Origin: Nemertoderma westbladi
Lineage: Eukaryota > Animalia > Xenacoelomorpha
Assembly (NCBI GenBank): GCA_032718475.1
Contig: JAUCBJ010008047.1
Location: forward strand, 1 to 64,000
DNA length: 64,000 nt
Direction: 5' to 3'
Made by a program: the position numbers and the translations under genes. How positions within the stretch are numbered: the stretch's first letter is position 1; each line of letters starts with the position of its first letter. Shown piece after piece: positions 48,280 through 59,759 of this stretch. The notes under the pieces are model-generated. The model did no database searches. It was not told where the DNA came from and saw only the letters and a list, made by a program, of their open reading frames with translations.

Positions 48280-51200
48280 ATGAGTGACAAACAAGACTAT
48301 ACGAAGAATACACAAACCGACTATGACTCGTGTGACGGAGATAAGTCAGCAGCGGAAGAACAACAGGGGAAGACTCGCGAGCCTACCGAACCTACACCGT
48401 GTGCGTCACCAGTACATCCAACGGGAGTACCGGATGCCGTAGTACGAGGCGACGGCAGGACCGAGGACTTTCTAACTGTTCCGCAACCTAGATATAGGGA
48501 AACGGAAATGGTAAGTTCAGCAGGAAGCACAGAAAGTGTGGTTAGAAGCGTCGGTGGATACATGGCGCATATAACCAGGAGTATTGGAGAAGGCCAACGC
48601 ATATTAGACGGGTTGACCGCTCCGATGTCTCGATTCGAGTTCTACACCCTCCAGGTTAGAGTACAGAGTAAAGTATATAAGTCCGTAGATAATCTAGTTG
48701 GCCTACAAGATCTAGCTAGACAGAGACAGGACATGGATACTCAACTTAGAATCCTCGAGAAACTAATGATCACTAGAGAGAAACTGATTCAGTTTAAGTC
48801 GACGATTAGACAGATACAACAGGAACAAGCGGACCAGTTGTTAGGTGAGTCAGTTTCGGACGAATTATTACAACCCGAGGAAGAACAGGAATTGTACCGA
48901 CTGGATGGACAATTGAAACATCTGACGGACCACTTACGCATGTGCGGCGAAGACGTCGGCGATTTGGAAACCGTGCCGGAATACACGAGGGAAACTTCAT
49001 TCGCACAAATCGAATCGGCACCGGGAATACTAAATCAATCATTGGTAAGTATTCGTAGCGAAATCTGCGAAGGAAGTATAGTCACGTCAGAAGTTGCTCG
49101 ACAACAGCAGCAGTTCTACAGACAGCAACACGAGATAGAAGAACAAGCTCAACTTCTAATGATACAAACAGCAGTAGAGGAAGAGAAAATACGTGTTGCG
49201 AATGTAGCGAGAATCTCTCATCTGCAGGAACAAGCCGAACTCGAAGCGGCCGAAATGGAAAGGTTAGAGTTGGACATTGCCCAACAAGCGGCAACGGCCG
49301 AGTTAGCGCAACGAACGGCAACAGCCGAGTTAGAGCGACAAACGGCAGCGGCAGCGGCCGAGTTAGAGCGACAAACGGCAGCGGCCGAGTTAGAGCGACA
49401 AACGGCTGCGGCAGAGTTAGAGCGACAAACGGCTGCGGCAGAGTTAGAGCGACAAAGAGTAGTTTCGGAAGCCAGAGTCGAGATGAAGACACGGCAAATA
49501 AAAGCCCAACAAGCGATACGACAAGCAGAGTTCGAGGCGCAACAACAACAAACGGAACAACGAGAAAAGGAAGTTAAACTTCGTTTCGAACTTGAGAAGA
49601 GGGCGAGAGAATTAGCCGAAACTAAGGAAAATCTGGATCTTCTAGCCCGCGATCGATCGATGAGATCTCGCGACGGACATGATTTGGACCAGTTAGAGGT
49701 AAGACATCGCCAAATTCAGGAACGGAAGAAGGAAGGAAGCGTAGGAGCACCCGGACGGGAACGACAATTAGTAAAAGACGTGTGTCAACGATTCCCACAG
49801 GTAACTCATATGTTTGCACCGGTTACGACTAAGGAACCTGTTTCGATTGCGGGTAGTAGTGATATTTCTCCTATCCATGGTGCGACGGAACACAGGTTTG
49901 TTATTCCGGACAAGTTTACACCGCCAAGAGCAACGTCGTCGCCTATTCCGAGAGTCAAGGTAAGTAACCCACCGATTACAGATCGTAGTAGTTTATTGAC
50001 CGGACCTGCGCTACTGACGACAAAACAGGTGAGTCCACCTTTGACGCCTAAACCCGTTACACATTACGCTTACCCAATGACGTTTCGACCTACAAGGCCA
50101 GTTGTTTCAAATGCTGTCATTCGCCCACCGGTTCAGTTTACATCGCAATCTACGACTTCGAGGAAGACTTGTGAGCCTACCGAACAACGGAGAACAGTGG
50201 AGACGCGACCATTCAACCAGTTTACATCGCAATCTACGACTTCGAGGAAGACTTGTGAGCCTACCGAACAACGGAGAACAGTGGAGACGCGACCGTTCAA
50301 CCAGTTTACATCGCAATCTACGACTTCGAGGAAGACTTGTGAGCCTACCGAACAACGGAGATCAGTGGACGATGTTCCGAAACGAGCCGTTAGAATTCGA
50401 ACGACGCAACGGACGCGAGCACGTCGACCACCATATCCAGATGATAGTAGTACTTCGAGCGAATCGGATTACCCGAAACGCGAGGTATTTAGAACAGGGG
50501 CGGCCGATGAATATAAACGCGAGCGTTCAGACAACTCCTTTGCAGACAATCCTCCACAGAATACACCAACACAGAAGGCGTTACAACCAACGGACGCAAT
50601 TAGTACACAACAGTTCGCCGACATTCTGCGACCAGTTGTCAACAAGTTGGCTCAGATCGAGGAGCGTCTGGAGGAAGTTCAAACCGATAGTTCGAGGAAC
50701 ACCGAATTCGAACACAATAGACACCCGAAGGCACCACAAAGACCGGTACCTTCAAACCCCACATCGTATCAGGGAAAAGCGCCTAGAAGGGAGAACATCA
50801 ACCAGGTTACCAACCAAGGACGCGAAACTCTGAACGTTGCCGAGGAGATAGCGAAATTCGCAGCCAGACAGGGATTGCCGGTACAACAACCACCGAAGTT
50901 CTCCGGTAGCTCAAAACACTGGCATACCTTCGTAGACTATATTGAATCCCAGATCGCCGTGTGCGCCTTTACATCACGAGAGAAGTTCAATTACTTGCTC
51001 CAAACGTTGTCAGGAGAACCTAAACGTTTGGCGGAGACTTTCGTCGGTGTACCAGACGCTTTCGAACTAGCGTACGATCGTTTGACTTCGATATACGGAG
51101 GTACAGTGAGTATGGCCAGGTCAGTAATAGAAGAACTCTGTAAGGGAGGGGCTATCACTAAACCCGTCGACTTACTAAAACTAGCTGACGAAATCAAGAA

Positions 51201-54200
51201 CGCTATCACTACCTTAAGATCAATTGGACAACTTGATTACGGGAATACCCCTACAGTCCTATTAAAGATAATAGGACGACTCCACCATCGACTTCGTCGG
51301 GAGTGGAGGAAGGTCGAATACCAGCGAGAGGAGCGAGGAGGATTCCTGAAATTAGAAGATGTGTACCTTTTAATATCCAGGGAGGCGGTAGTAGAAACTC
51401 GATCTAACTATACCGACCAGCACATCGTGGCAGAAGGAATCACACTGCCATCCTCCAACCGACAAAAACCCCAGACAACATCCACAAAGACGGCCACTTA
51501 CGCCACACCGACGGAATCACGACAATTCTCAGACGGTAATAGAGTATCTGCGCCCATTGGGACGAAACAGACGAGACAGCAACTCAGCGCCGACTTCAAC
51601 GGCTGCCAATACTGCGAACATTTAGGTAAGCGGTATATTGGTCACAAGTTACGAGGTTGTCGACAATTTCGCGAGTTGAACTCAGAAGAACGACGGCTGC
51701 AGATACGGCCACTGGACTCTTGTTGGCGGTGTACGCGACACGGACACGTCCGTAAGGATTGCCCAAATACCGACACTTGTCCATCCTGTGGACGCAACCA
51801 CGACGGTCTGCTCCACACAGACAGCCACACGCCGACGAAACGCTTCGCCAGGGAACACCCGGAAGCAGCAGCGAGATGTGATGCGGCTTACCGAAAACGA
51901 GAATCGAAAACGACTCCGACTTTCGTGACCCATATAGAGGATTGCTTTTCAGAACAATCCGGATCGTCGGACGAAGAATCAGACGACGACGAATATTCTA
52001 ATGGAGACGAACAACCGTCAATCGCGCTCCTGACCACTGACCAACTGAAGGGATTCAGTGTAATCCCGATTAAAGTTACTGGCACAAAAGGGAGTAAGAG
52101 GATTTACGCGATTCTAGACTCAGCCTCATCTCACAGTTACGTGGATGAAAAGATAGCTGACGTCGTAACGGATCTCAGACAAGGTAAACACGTCAGTTAT
52201 ACAGTAAGTAGTATGCACGGCCAGCGTGCAATACCAGTGACACGAGTTAAGTTGGACTTAGACTCTCTTCTTCCAAAATCGCAACACAGCGAGAGGGAGA
52301 GGTCTTTGTTGCCCTTTAGAGATCTAACCTTTGCGGCCACGAAGGACTTTAGTAACCTACTAGGTCCAGTGCCGGAACAATCTCTGGAGGACCGTAAGTA
52401 TTTCAGACACCTTGGTGTACCCGAATGTCCTGTCAATTATAGATCGGTAGCAATGCTGATCGGGACGGACCAATTCAACCTACATCAGGTGTGGGAAACC
52501 AGACCATCGGCAGTTGTAGCAGGAAACGCATACGCCTGCAGAACGCCGATAGGGTGGTATACTCGAGCGCCTGTGCGCACACTAGACGTAAGTGACGAGG
52601 AAGACGATGTACAGAGTACATGTAGTTTATTAACTACAAATTCAATTCATTCCTTTTCACACGACGTGAACCATACTACACTACAGTCGACAAAACATGA
52701 CAGACGTGTAACTAGTATGATAAGTCACAAGGAGCAGCTAACCCACAAGGTGAGTTTAGAACTTGGGGAGAAGACGAGTCAGCTAGAGATTCCATCGACG
52801 ACAGATGATAGGCTTGCGAGTCTACCTACCCCAATAACCTCAACAGTGCCCGTCGATATCGACGATGACGCGTTGAAAATTCATCAGTTGGAACAAGCCG
52901 CCTTGGACAAAGAATTAACGGAGAAGACTATCAGGTGGTTAGAACAAGATACAGCTGAACCTGGTAGCTACGACCCTTGTATGTCGGAACAGGAGAAACA
53001 ATCTCTAAAGATCATGGAGGATACTATCCGACAGACGGAGGACGGACATTACGAGGTGGGTATGTTATGGCGTAGCCAAAGTCCTAAACTTATAAATAAC
53101 TACCCACTGGCTTTAAGACGTCTACACTCAATCCGACAACGTCTATTAAAGGACGAGAAAGCCCATCTGCAGTATAACACTCAGATGGAGACGTATTTGA
53201 CGAAGGGATACGCTATCCGAATGACTAACCCGGAGCGAGTGACCGACCAGACATACTACCTGCCACATCACTATGTGAGACATCCCGATAAACCAGACAA
53301 AGTACGTGTAGTCAATGACTGTGCGGCTCTGTTTGAGGGAATGTCCCTCAATAGTGAGTTGATGGATGGACCGAACATGAATAATTATCTTATGGGGGTG
53401 ATTATGCGCTTCCGTCAGCGTCAAGTAGCCTTTACTTGCGACGTTGAAGCGATGTTTCACCAAGTAAAAGCGTTAGAGCGAGACAGAGACAGTTTGCGGT
53501 TTCTCTGGTATCCGGAAGGGGACTTAAGTCTACCACCAGCGACTTACCAAATGCAAGTTCGCGTTTTCGGTGCCAGAGACAGCCCGAATTGTACGATGTA
53601 CGCCTTGAAGCAAGCCGCTAGAGATCAGAAACATCTGTATGACCCAGAGATAATTAGAATTGTAGAACGTGACTTTTACGTTGATGACGGTTTACAAAGT
53701 TGCGACACAGTAGAACGTGCTACAACAGTAGCACATCAATTACGGGACTGCTTGGCGAGCGGAGGTTTTAACCTCACCAAATTCGCCTCAAACAGTGCCG
53801 AATTAGTTGACTCATTCGGAACTACTGAGCGTGGAGGTGGTGACATAGACCTAGAGTTCGAACCACTACCGACGACTAAGGTGTTGGGGCTCTTTTGGGA
53901 CCCAAACACAGACAACTTTCGAGTGAAGGTGAGACTGGACAGTCAAGGAAACACACTGACCAAGAGATCATGCTTGTCAAAGTTGAGCCGATTGTTCGAC
54001 CCGTTAGGATTCATCAGTCCAGTGATACTGCAAGCCCGCATTTATATGCGCAGTATATGGAAGGATGGACTAACGTGGGACGAGCCGATCTCATCAGATC
54101 AAGTGGACTTATGGAAGACCTGGGAGGCGGAATTGTCTTCGTTAGAGGATTATTCCATACCCAGGGTTTACTTTCCATTACAGAGTACATTTCCTGACAA

Positions 54201-55293
54201 CTTGGAACTACACTGTTTTTCCGACGCCAGTGACAACGGGTTTGGTGTGGCAGCGTATTTGCGCAGACAAGTAGAATCAGACGAGTTCGATGTTTCGCTC
54301 ATTACTTCTAAGGCTAAGACCATGCCTACTAAGTATATGACGACACCACGAGCCGAGCTACAAGCCGCGACCCTGTCAACCACCATCGTGAACCTCATAC
54401 AGACAGAACTACAGTCGAGTTTACAGATATTTTATTGGACTGACGCGACGTTGGTTTTATTTTACATAAACAACGACACACTCGAATTCAAGACATTCGT
54501 AGCTAACCGTCGCGCAGAGATTCTAGACCGTTCGATAAAAGAGGATTGGCGACATTGTCCCGGACCACAAAACCCAGCTGATATTGCGTCGCGAGGAATG
54601 ATGCCTGAGGAATTCTGTAAACCGGAGAACAAAGAGTTTTGGCAACACGGACCCCAGTTCTTGCAGAAATCGACACAAGATTGGCCTCCGTTATACGACA
54701 ACAAGTCCAACACCATTCCTAAGGACGCCGAAATCAAGAAACCAAAAAAGGGGAAGACAAAGAAAAGGACGACAGCGACAAAACTCAAGAAAAAACCGAA
54801 GGCGAAATGGAAGGATATAACTTCAAAGGTCAAGAGAGGAAGACTTGCGAGCCTTTCTACACCAGACATATCGCCAGACGGTCAACCAGACACGTTACCA
54901 GACGATCAACCAGATACGTTACTAGACAGTCAACCAGGCATTCTACTAGACGTTAGTAACGCACTGACAAACAGTAAAGCCGCAGTTTCCCTATTGGAGC
55001 GGCCTTCTATTGACAAACAACCAGATACGTTACCAGACGTATCGCCAGACACACTACTAGACAGTCGACTAGACACTAGTAATGTATTGACTAACAATAA
55101 AGCCGCAGTTTCCCTATTGGAGCGGCCTTGTATTGACAAACTACCAATTTTGACACACTTGAGCAACCATAAGCACGGTGAAACCTCATGTATTACAGAT
55201 GTGGGTAGTACCTACGCTAATGTAAATACAGGTGTTACTTTGCGCTCAAGAGACATACCGAACTTACAACCTACGTGTGAGACCTGGGATTAA
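48280..55293 (+). CDS. BEL/Pao Gag-PR-RT-RNase H polyprotein of C
   Basis: Coiled-coil repeats, gag core PKFSGSSKHW, Cys/His knuckles, LDSAS, RT (DVEAMFHQV, YVDD), FDPLG, RNase H FSDAS, NPADIASRG, then a long low-complexity linker. Confidence 0.95.
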   Translation: MSDKQDYTKNTQTDYDSCDGDKSAAEEQQGKTREPTEPTPCASPVHPTGVPDAVVRGDGRTEDFLTVPQPRYRETEMVSSAGSTESVVRSVGGYMAHITRSIGEGQRILDGLTAPMSRFEFYTLQVRVQSKVYKSVDNLVGLQDLARQRQDMDTQLRILEKLMITREKLIQFKSTIRQIQQEQADQLLGESVSDELLQPEEEQELYRLDGQLKHLTDHLRMCGEDVGDLETVPEYTRETSFAQIESAPGILNQSLVSIRSEICEGSIVTSEVARQQQQFYRQQHEIEEQAQLLMIQTAVEEEKIRVANVARISHLQEQAELEAAEMERLELDIAQQAATAELAQRTATAELERQTAAAAAELERQTAAAELERQTAAAELERQTAAAELERQRVVSEARVEMKTRQIKAQQAIRQAEFEAQQQQTEQREKEVKLRFELEKRARELAETKENLDLLARDRSMRSRDGHDLDQLEVRHRQIQERKKEGSVGAPGRERQLVKDVCQRFPQVTHMFAPVTTKEPVSIAGSSDISPIHGATEHRFVIPDKFTPPRATSSPIPRVKVSNPPITDRSSLLTGPALLTTKQVSPPLTPKPVTHYAYPMTFRPTRPVVSNAVIRPPVQFTSQSTTSRKTCEPTEQRRTVETRPFNQFTSQSTTSRKTCEPTEQRRTVETRPFNQFTSQSTTSRKTCEPTEQRRSVDDVPKRAVRIRTTQRTRARRPPYPDDSSTSSESDYPKREVFRTGAADEYKRERSDNSFADNPPQNTPTQKALQPTDAISTQQFADILRPVVNKLAQIEERLEEVQTDSSRNTEFEHNRHPKAPQRPVPSNPTSYQGKAPRRENINQVTNQGRETLNVAEEIAKFAARQGLPVQQPPKFSGSSKHWHTFVDYIESQIAVCAFTSREKFNYLLQTLSGEPKRLAETFVGVPDAFELAYDRLTSIYGGTVSMARSVIEELCKGGAITKPVDLLKLADEIKNAITTLRSIGQLDYGNTPTVLLKIIGRLHHRLRREWRKVEYQREERGGFLKLEDVYLLISREAVVETRSNYTDQHIVAEGITLPSSNRQKPQTTSTKTATYATPTESRQFSDGNRVSAPIGTKQTRQQLSADFNGCQYCEHLGKRYIGHKLRGCRQFRELNSEERRLQIRPLDSCWRCTRHGHVRKDCPNTDTCPSCGRNHDGLLHTDSHTPTKRFAREHPEAAARCDAAYRKRESKTTPTFVTHIEDCFSEQSGSSDEESDDDEYSNGDEQPSIALLTTDQLKGFSVIPIKVTGTKGSKRIYAILDSASSHSYVDEKIADVVTDLRQGKHVSYTVSSMHGQRAIPVTRVKLDLDSLLPKSQHSERERSLLPFRDLTFAATKDFSNLLGPVPEQSLEDRKYFRHLGVPECPVNYRSVAMLIGTDQFNLHQVWETRPSAVVAGNAYACRTPIGWYTRAPVRTLDVSDEEDDVQSTCSLLTTNSIHSFSHDVNHTTLQSTKHDRRVTSMISHKEQLTHKVSLELGEKTSQLEIPSTTDDRLASLPTPITSTVPVDIDDDALKIHQLEQAALDKELTEKTIRWLEQDTAEPGSYDPCMSEQEKQSLKIMEDTIRQTEDGHYEVGMLWRSQSPKLINNYPLALRRLHSIRQRLLKDEKAHLQYNTQMETYLTKGYAIRMTNPERVTDQTYYLPHHYVRHPDKPDKVRVVNDCAALFEGMSLNSELMDGPNMNNYLMGVIMRFRQRQVAFTCDVEAMFHQVKALERDRDSLRFLWYPEGDLSLPPATYQMQVRVFGARDSPNCTMYALKQAARDQKHLYDPEIIRIVERDFYVDDGLQSCDTVERATTVAHQLRDCLASGGFNLTKFASNSAELVDSFGTTERGGGDIDLEFEPLPTTKVLGLFWDPNTDNFRVKVRLDSQGNTLTKRSCLSKLSRLFDPLGFISPVILQARIYMRSIWKDGLTWDEPISSDQVDLWKTWEAELSSLEDYSIPRVYFPLQSTFPDNLELHCFSDASDNGFGVAAYLRRQVESDEFDVSLITSKAKTMPTKYMTTPRAELQAATLSTTIVNLIQTELQSSLQIFYWTDATLVLFYINNDTLEFKTFVANRRAEILDRSIKEDWRHCPGPQNPADIASRGMMPEEFCKPENKEFWQHGPQFLQKSTQDWPPLYDNKSNTIPKDAEIKKPKKGKTKKRTTATKLKKKPKAKWKDITSKVKRGRLASLSTPDISPDGQPDTLPDDQPDTLLDSQPGILLDVSNALTNSKAAVSLLERPSIDKQPDTLPDVSPDTLLDSRLDTSNVLTNNKAAVSLLERPCIDKLPILTHLSNHKHGETSCITDVGSTYANVNTGVTLRSRDIPNLQPTCETWD
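50131..50362 (+). repeat. 84-bp (28-aa) in-frame tandem repeat, about 2.7 copies, in gag of C
   Basis: QFTSQSTTSRKTCEPTEQRR repeated three times. Confidence 0.9.
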
Positions 55294-57045
55294 TGTCGGC
55301 AGAAAAATAAGTTTACCGAAACCTGCTGACCCCATAGAGTTCAAACCACCATTAACGATCGACTTACAAAGTACCGACAATCAAGGTAAGAAGACAAAGA
55401 AGGACAAATTACTTGTAGACCCGGACGGATCAACAGTCAACAAGGGAATACTTACCGGCGGACCCGTGGGCCCTTCTAGTAATTCAAAACCTTCCAAGTT
55501 CTCCATTGACTTACCTGATGACGTCACAAATACTTATGTCGACCGTATTGTAAACCTAACAGATTCTTGGTCAAACGCTTGCCGAAAATTAGCGTGGATT
55601 GTACGTTTTGTACAATACGTTAAAGGCAAACGTGACTTCACACGTCGACTTACATTGGCTGAGATTGACAGGTGTGAGATTAAATTAATTCGCCATTACC
55701 AACTGAGATATTTCGCGCGCGAATTCACATCTATAAATCAAGGTCAACCAATCAAGTCGTCACCGATACTGAGTTGGAGTCCGATTATTTATAATGGCTT
55801 AATTTGTCATAAATCTCGGCTTCAAAACATTGACTTTAACACGAACTTTAGGTACCCAATAATAATACCGCAACATCACGAACTACAACGTGCAATGATA
55901 CTGGACGCACATTTACATCTGAAACACGCTGGAAGACACCACTGTCTTTCCTACTTACGTACTAGATTTGTATTAATTAGACCCAGTAAAGCATTAAGTT
56001 CAGTGACACGTACGTGTATTATTTGTAAAAAGGTACATTCTAGAATAGGTACCCAAGAAATGAGTGAACTACCACAAGCACGACTTCAAGCATTCAGACC
56101 ACCTTTTACAGAGACTGGAATTGATTGCTTTGGTCCCATACATACTAAACGTGGACGTATACTAGTAAAACGCTGGGGACTGATTTTCACATGTATGTCC
56201 AGTAGGGCAGTTCACATTGAACGTGTGATGGATCTTTCCACCAACGCGTTTATACTAGCACTGCGGCGATTTATCGCTAGACGCGGACTAGTAAAATGCT
56301 TGTACTCAGACCAAGGGACAAACTTTGTTGGTGCTCGGAATGAGATTGCTAGAGCCTTTAAGAAATTAGATCATGATCAAATCTCAAACGAACTGCAACC
56401 TCACAAGATTGTTTGGAAGTTCAATCCTCCAGATAGTCCTTGGAGAGGCGGAGTCTGGGAGAGACTGATTAGATCTATAAAGACAGCAATGGCAAAGGTC
56501 ATTCCAGTAAACCACATATTAACAGACGACCAACTGACAACATTGTTTGTTGAAATCGAGGCAATACTAAATACTAGACCAATAGTATTAGTACCCGATG
56601 ACAAACAATCTCAGTTTGCTTTGACACCGGCACACCTGCTTATGCAGGCACCGACCACATTGACGCCGATTTCCATTCCAATGGAAAGCGATAGCTACGG
56701 TAGAAAAGCGTGGAAAATCACGCAACTACTAGCTAACAAATTCTGGGAAATATGGCAAAACCATTATTTGCCCTCTATTTCTGCCAGAACAACTGGTACA
56801 ATAACACCCGCGCATTAAAGCCGGGAGATCACGTGCTGTTGGCAGAAGTGAATCTAAAAAGACGCTTCTGGATAACAGGTGTCATTTTAGCCACACATCC
56901 ATCTATGGATGGAGTGACAAGAACTGTGACGGTACGGACAATTGACGGTCGTACAGTAGACAGACCGACTCAACGTCTCGTACTTCTTGAAGAGACTCGT
57001 AACGAGTCTGGAGACTACAAATCTCCACCTAATACTAGTAAATAA
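55232..57045 (+). CDS. Integrase of C (separate frame from RT/RH, plus a further 1-nt frameshift near 56790)
   Basis: HHCC zinc finger, TGIDCFGP, SDQGTNF, GGVWERLI, LTPAHLL and a C-terminal LKPGDHVLL...DGVTRTV domain. Confidence 0.9.
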
Positions 57046-57640
57046 TTAGGAGTTTACAAATAGATTTCCACGTACCTGTACACCGTAGTAAGGACAGCGG
57101 TAGAATTCCATTGTCTTTATATGTGAACATTGAGGGTAGTACCCTTATGTGTCACATAGGAGCGGGATTTGTAGGTATAAGAAATGGAATTCTACTTGGA
57201 ACTCACAATATTGAGACATTTTCGAAATTTTAGACAATCCATTTGGATTTGAAAAATTTTTAAAATTTTCTCCAGTGAATAGATTTCAGGGTACAGTCGG
57301 GTGGAACTTAAAATTAGAGAAACAAGAGAGGAAGACTTGCGAGCCTTTCTTAAAATTTTAATTAAATTTTACACGGTCTTGTTTCAATAAGTTACGTCAA
57401 AATAGACTCCCCTATATTTATTACTAATTCTTGACTGCTTATTTTCTGATAATAGTTTGGGATCAAAAAGTGAGTATTTTAGACTCACGGCCAGTTTAGC
57501 CCAAATTCGTTTTTACTTCGGCAAAAAATTTTAGATAAGAAGCAGCGTGTCATTAAAGAAACCCTAGATCTTAGGCTATGGGTAGGAGGTTAGAGCGTTG
57601 TCGAGCCCAAAGGGCAGACGAAACTCTCACGTCTCCTCAC

Positions 57641-57673
57641 AACTAACTACAAACTCTGTTGTATTCCCTCTAG
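57641..57673 (+). promoter_or_regulatory. Predicted splice acceptor upstream of the accessory ORF of C
   Basis: ACTAAC branch point followed by CTCTGTTGTATTCCCTCTAG, 30 nt before the ATG at 57704. Confidence 0.55.
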
Positions 57674-57703
57674 TAGTAATGATTATGTAACTACACCCTA
57701 ATT

Positions 57704-59712
57704 ATGGAGAAAGGGATACAAGGAGAGCCGAGATGGGGATATGATATCCAAGAGGAGGCAGCAGCGCCATTCGAAAGATTTGGAGCCAAGGATTATACTA
57801 TATTTGGTATAAAAGAATTATCGGAAAGTACAGCGAAACTCGCGAGAACTAAATATGACTCGAATGTATTAAAGAGAAGGCAAAACGCATTGAACGAAAG
57901 AATCGAAAGTTTGCGCCAAACCTTCAACGAACTTTACCCGTACGATGCTTTGTGTGATACGGGAGACATTAGCGAAGACCCCGATACTGAAATTAGTCGT
58001 TTGTATCATACCATGCAATACCTAAAGGCGCACGAACCTATGCCCGCGGTACGAGATGAATTCGATGGAATGCATCTTTACAGACGAACTCGAGGGGACG
58101 ATAGAGAAACCAAGGAAGCATTTTCAGTTTATAAACTTTATTATCAATGCGGTTCTTGTATGCGCGAACAACGAAATGCGATTCCGATGCGTTTGAATAA
58201 GGAAAATCCCGAACCGATATTGGCGAGGTGTTCGAACCATCAACAACTATGTTACCTTATGAAGGAGAACGTATTGTGGAAATTACGGATGAATCACGGC
58301 AGACGCGCGCGCCTATCGGTCACCTCGGTGATGATTTCAAAGTAACTACTACGATCGCCGACGATCCTTTAGAGGAACTTCTTGAGATAGAAAGGAACCT
58401 CCCGAAGAAATCTCAGACGGAGATTCGACAACTTGAAGCAACAGATGCTATAGTTTGTATACAACCTTCAGAAACCTACCAACCCATAGACCCAGATGAT
58501 TACGATTATAGTATGGGAGGAAGCGCTCGACCGATTGGAGATCTTATATACGAACGAGTGTGGTACCCTGCCAATACGATGTGTAGTAAATGTGGCGTCG
58601 CTGGACATCATATGGCAAAGTGCAGTGGAAAGCACATTACTACGACTCAGCTAATCTGTGGATGGTGTGGGGATCAAGGGTCTCATACCTTTTATACTTG
58701 CTGGAGATTTATGGCTCAATGTACTTACTGCAATATAAAGGGACATCGAGCATCTGAATGCCAACTGAGAGATATACCTTATGAACACGAATCTGTAAAA
58801 CTTGTGAGGAAGTTATTTGATGAGTGGGAAGATTTAGCCGACGAACATGTATCGGCACAGAGAAGACGGTTTCCGATGAGAGCGCATCTCGGATTTTGGG
58901 CGGTAAATCCCCAGACGATGATGTCGGAAGGATATATCTCCGCTATGCCCCAATATGACGAACTTATCGAGGTTGTTGATATTTTGCCCCACGACAGCGG
59001 ATTCCGAGTGGTGCGCGAGTATCTGTTACAGATTCACCCGGATAACAAAAACACGTGGAATTTTCAGAAAGTCGTAAATCGTATCACGTATGGTGAATTT
59101 GATCGTTTCCGAACCGAAAAGCGGAATAAAGGAGCTTGGTTAACCGTCGCATGGGCGTACCGAGCCGCGTTTTACCACAAACGTATACGAGCGAGCGTAT
59201 TCGAGGAAGAAGAGGTCCTAGAGGCGACGAATATATCAGCCACTCCGGTTGCGCCGTCTGCACGTCACCCTCGGGAGGACGGGCAGGGTAGGATCATACG
59301 GGTCCAGAAAGTGGGCCAACAATTGAAGAAAATTATTAATGTAGAAGAACGCAAGGGAGTTGAGCCGACTATTCGAGTTACTCGGGATACGGTATCACTT
59401 CCAAGAGAACCAGTAGGAGGATCGGGACATACACCAGCTGATCAACAGGGGGCGCAAGCTACTCTTGGGTCTGCGTCGTCCGCTTCTCACGCGTTCCCAG
59501 ACGTTCTACCAACTGTAGTGACAACTGATCGGTCACGAGGAATTGGTCGAGGTTTTGGGATGCCAAATAGACGAATTTGTGAGGAAATAGTTGCACCGTC
59601 TCTCAACGTCCCAAGTAAACCAGTGACTCGCCCCATTAGTCCCATATCGCGAGCAAAGTCACCTGTGCGCAGTTTTCGAGGACGCGGCAGGGCTCGATCA
59701 ACTAAGCGATAA
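57704..59712 (+). CDS. Accessory protein of C with three CCHC knuckles and an Arg-rich tail (two overlapping frames, probably one gene)
   Basis: ORFs 57704-58345 and 58228-59712. Knuckles are CSKCGVAGHHMAKC, CGWCGDQGSHTFYTC and CTYCNIKGHRASEC. Ends RSFRGRGRARSTKR. Both parts are homologous to the B accessory gene. Confidence 0.8.
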
Positions 59713-59759
59713 AAGGGAGGGCAAGGGTGGACGGAAGACTCGTGGGCCTTTCTTATGAT

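Noticed and set aside
57592-57630. Hammerhead ribozyme suggested by GACGAAAC
   Set aside because: There is no CUGANGA core; it is only a simple hairpin.
57704-59712. Accessory ORF as an envelope gene
   Set aside because: No signal peptide or transmembrane segment is visible. Cys/His spacing is nucleocapsid-type and the tail is basic.
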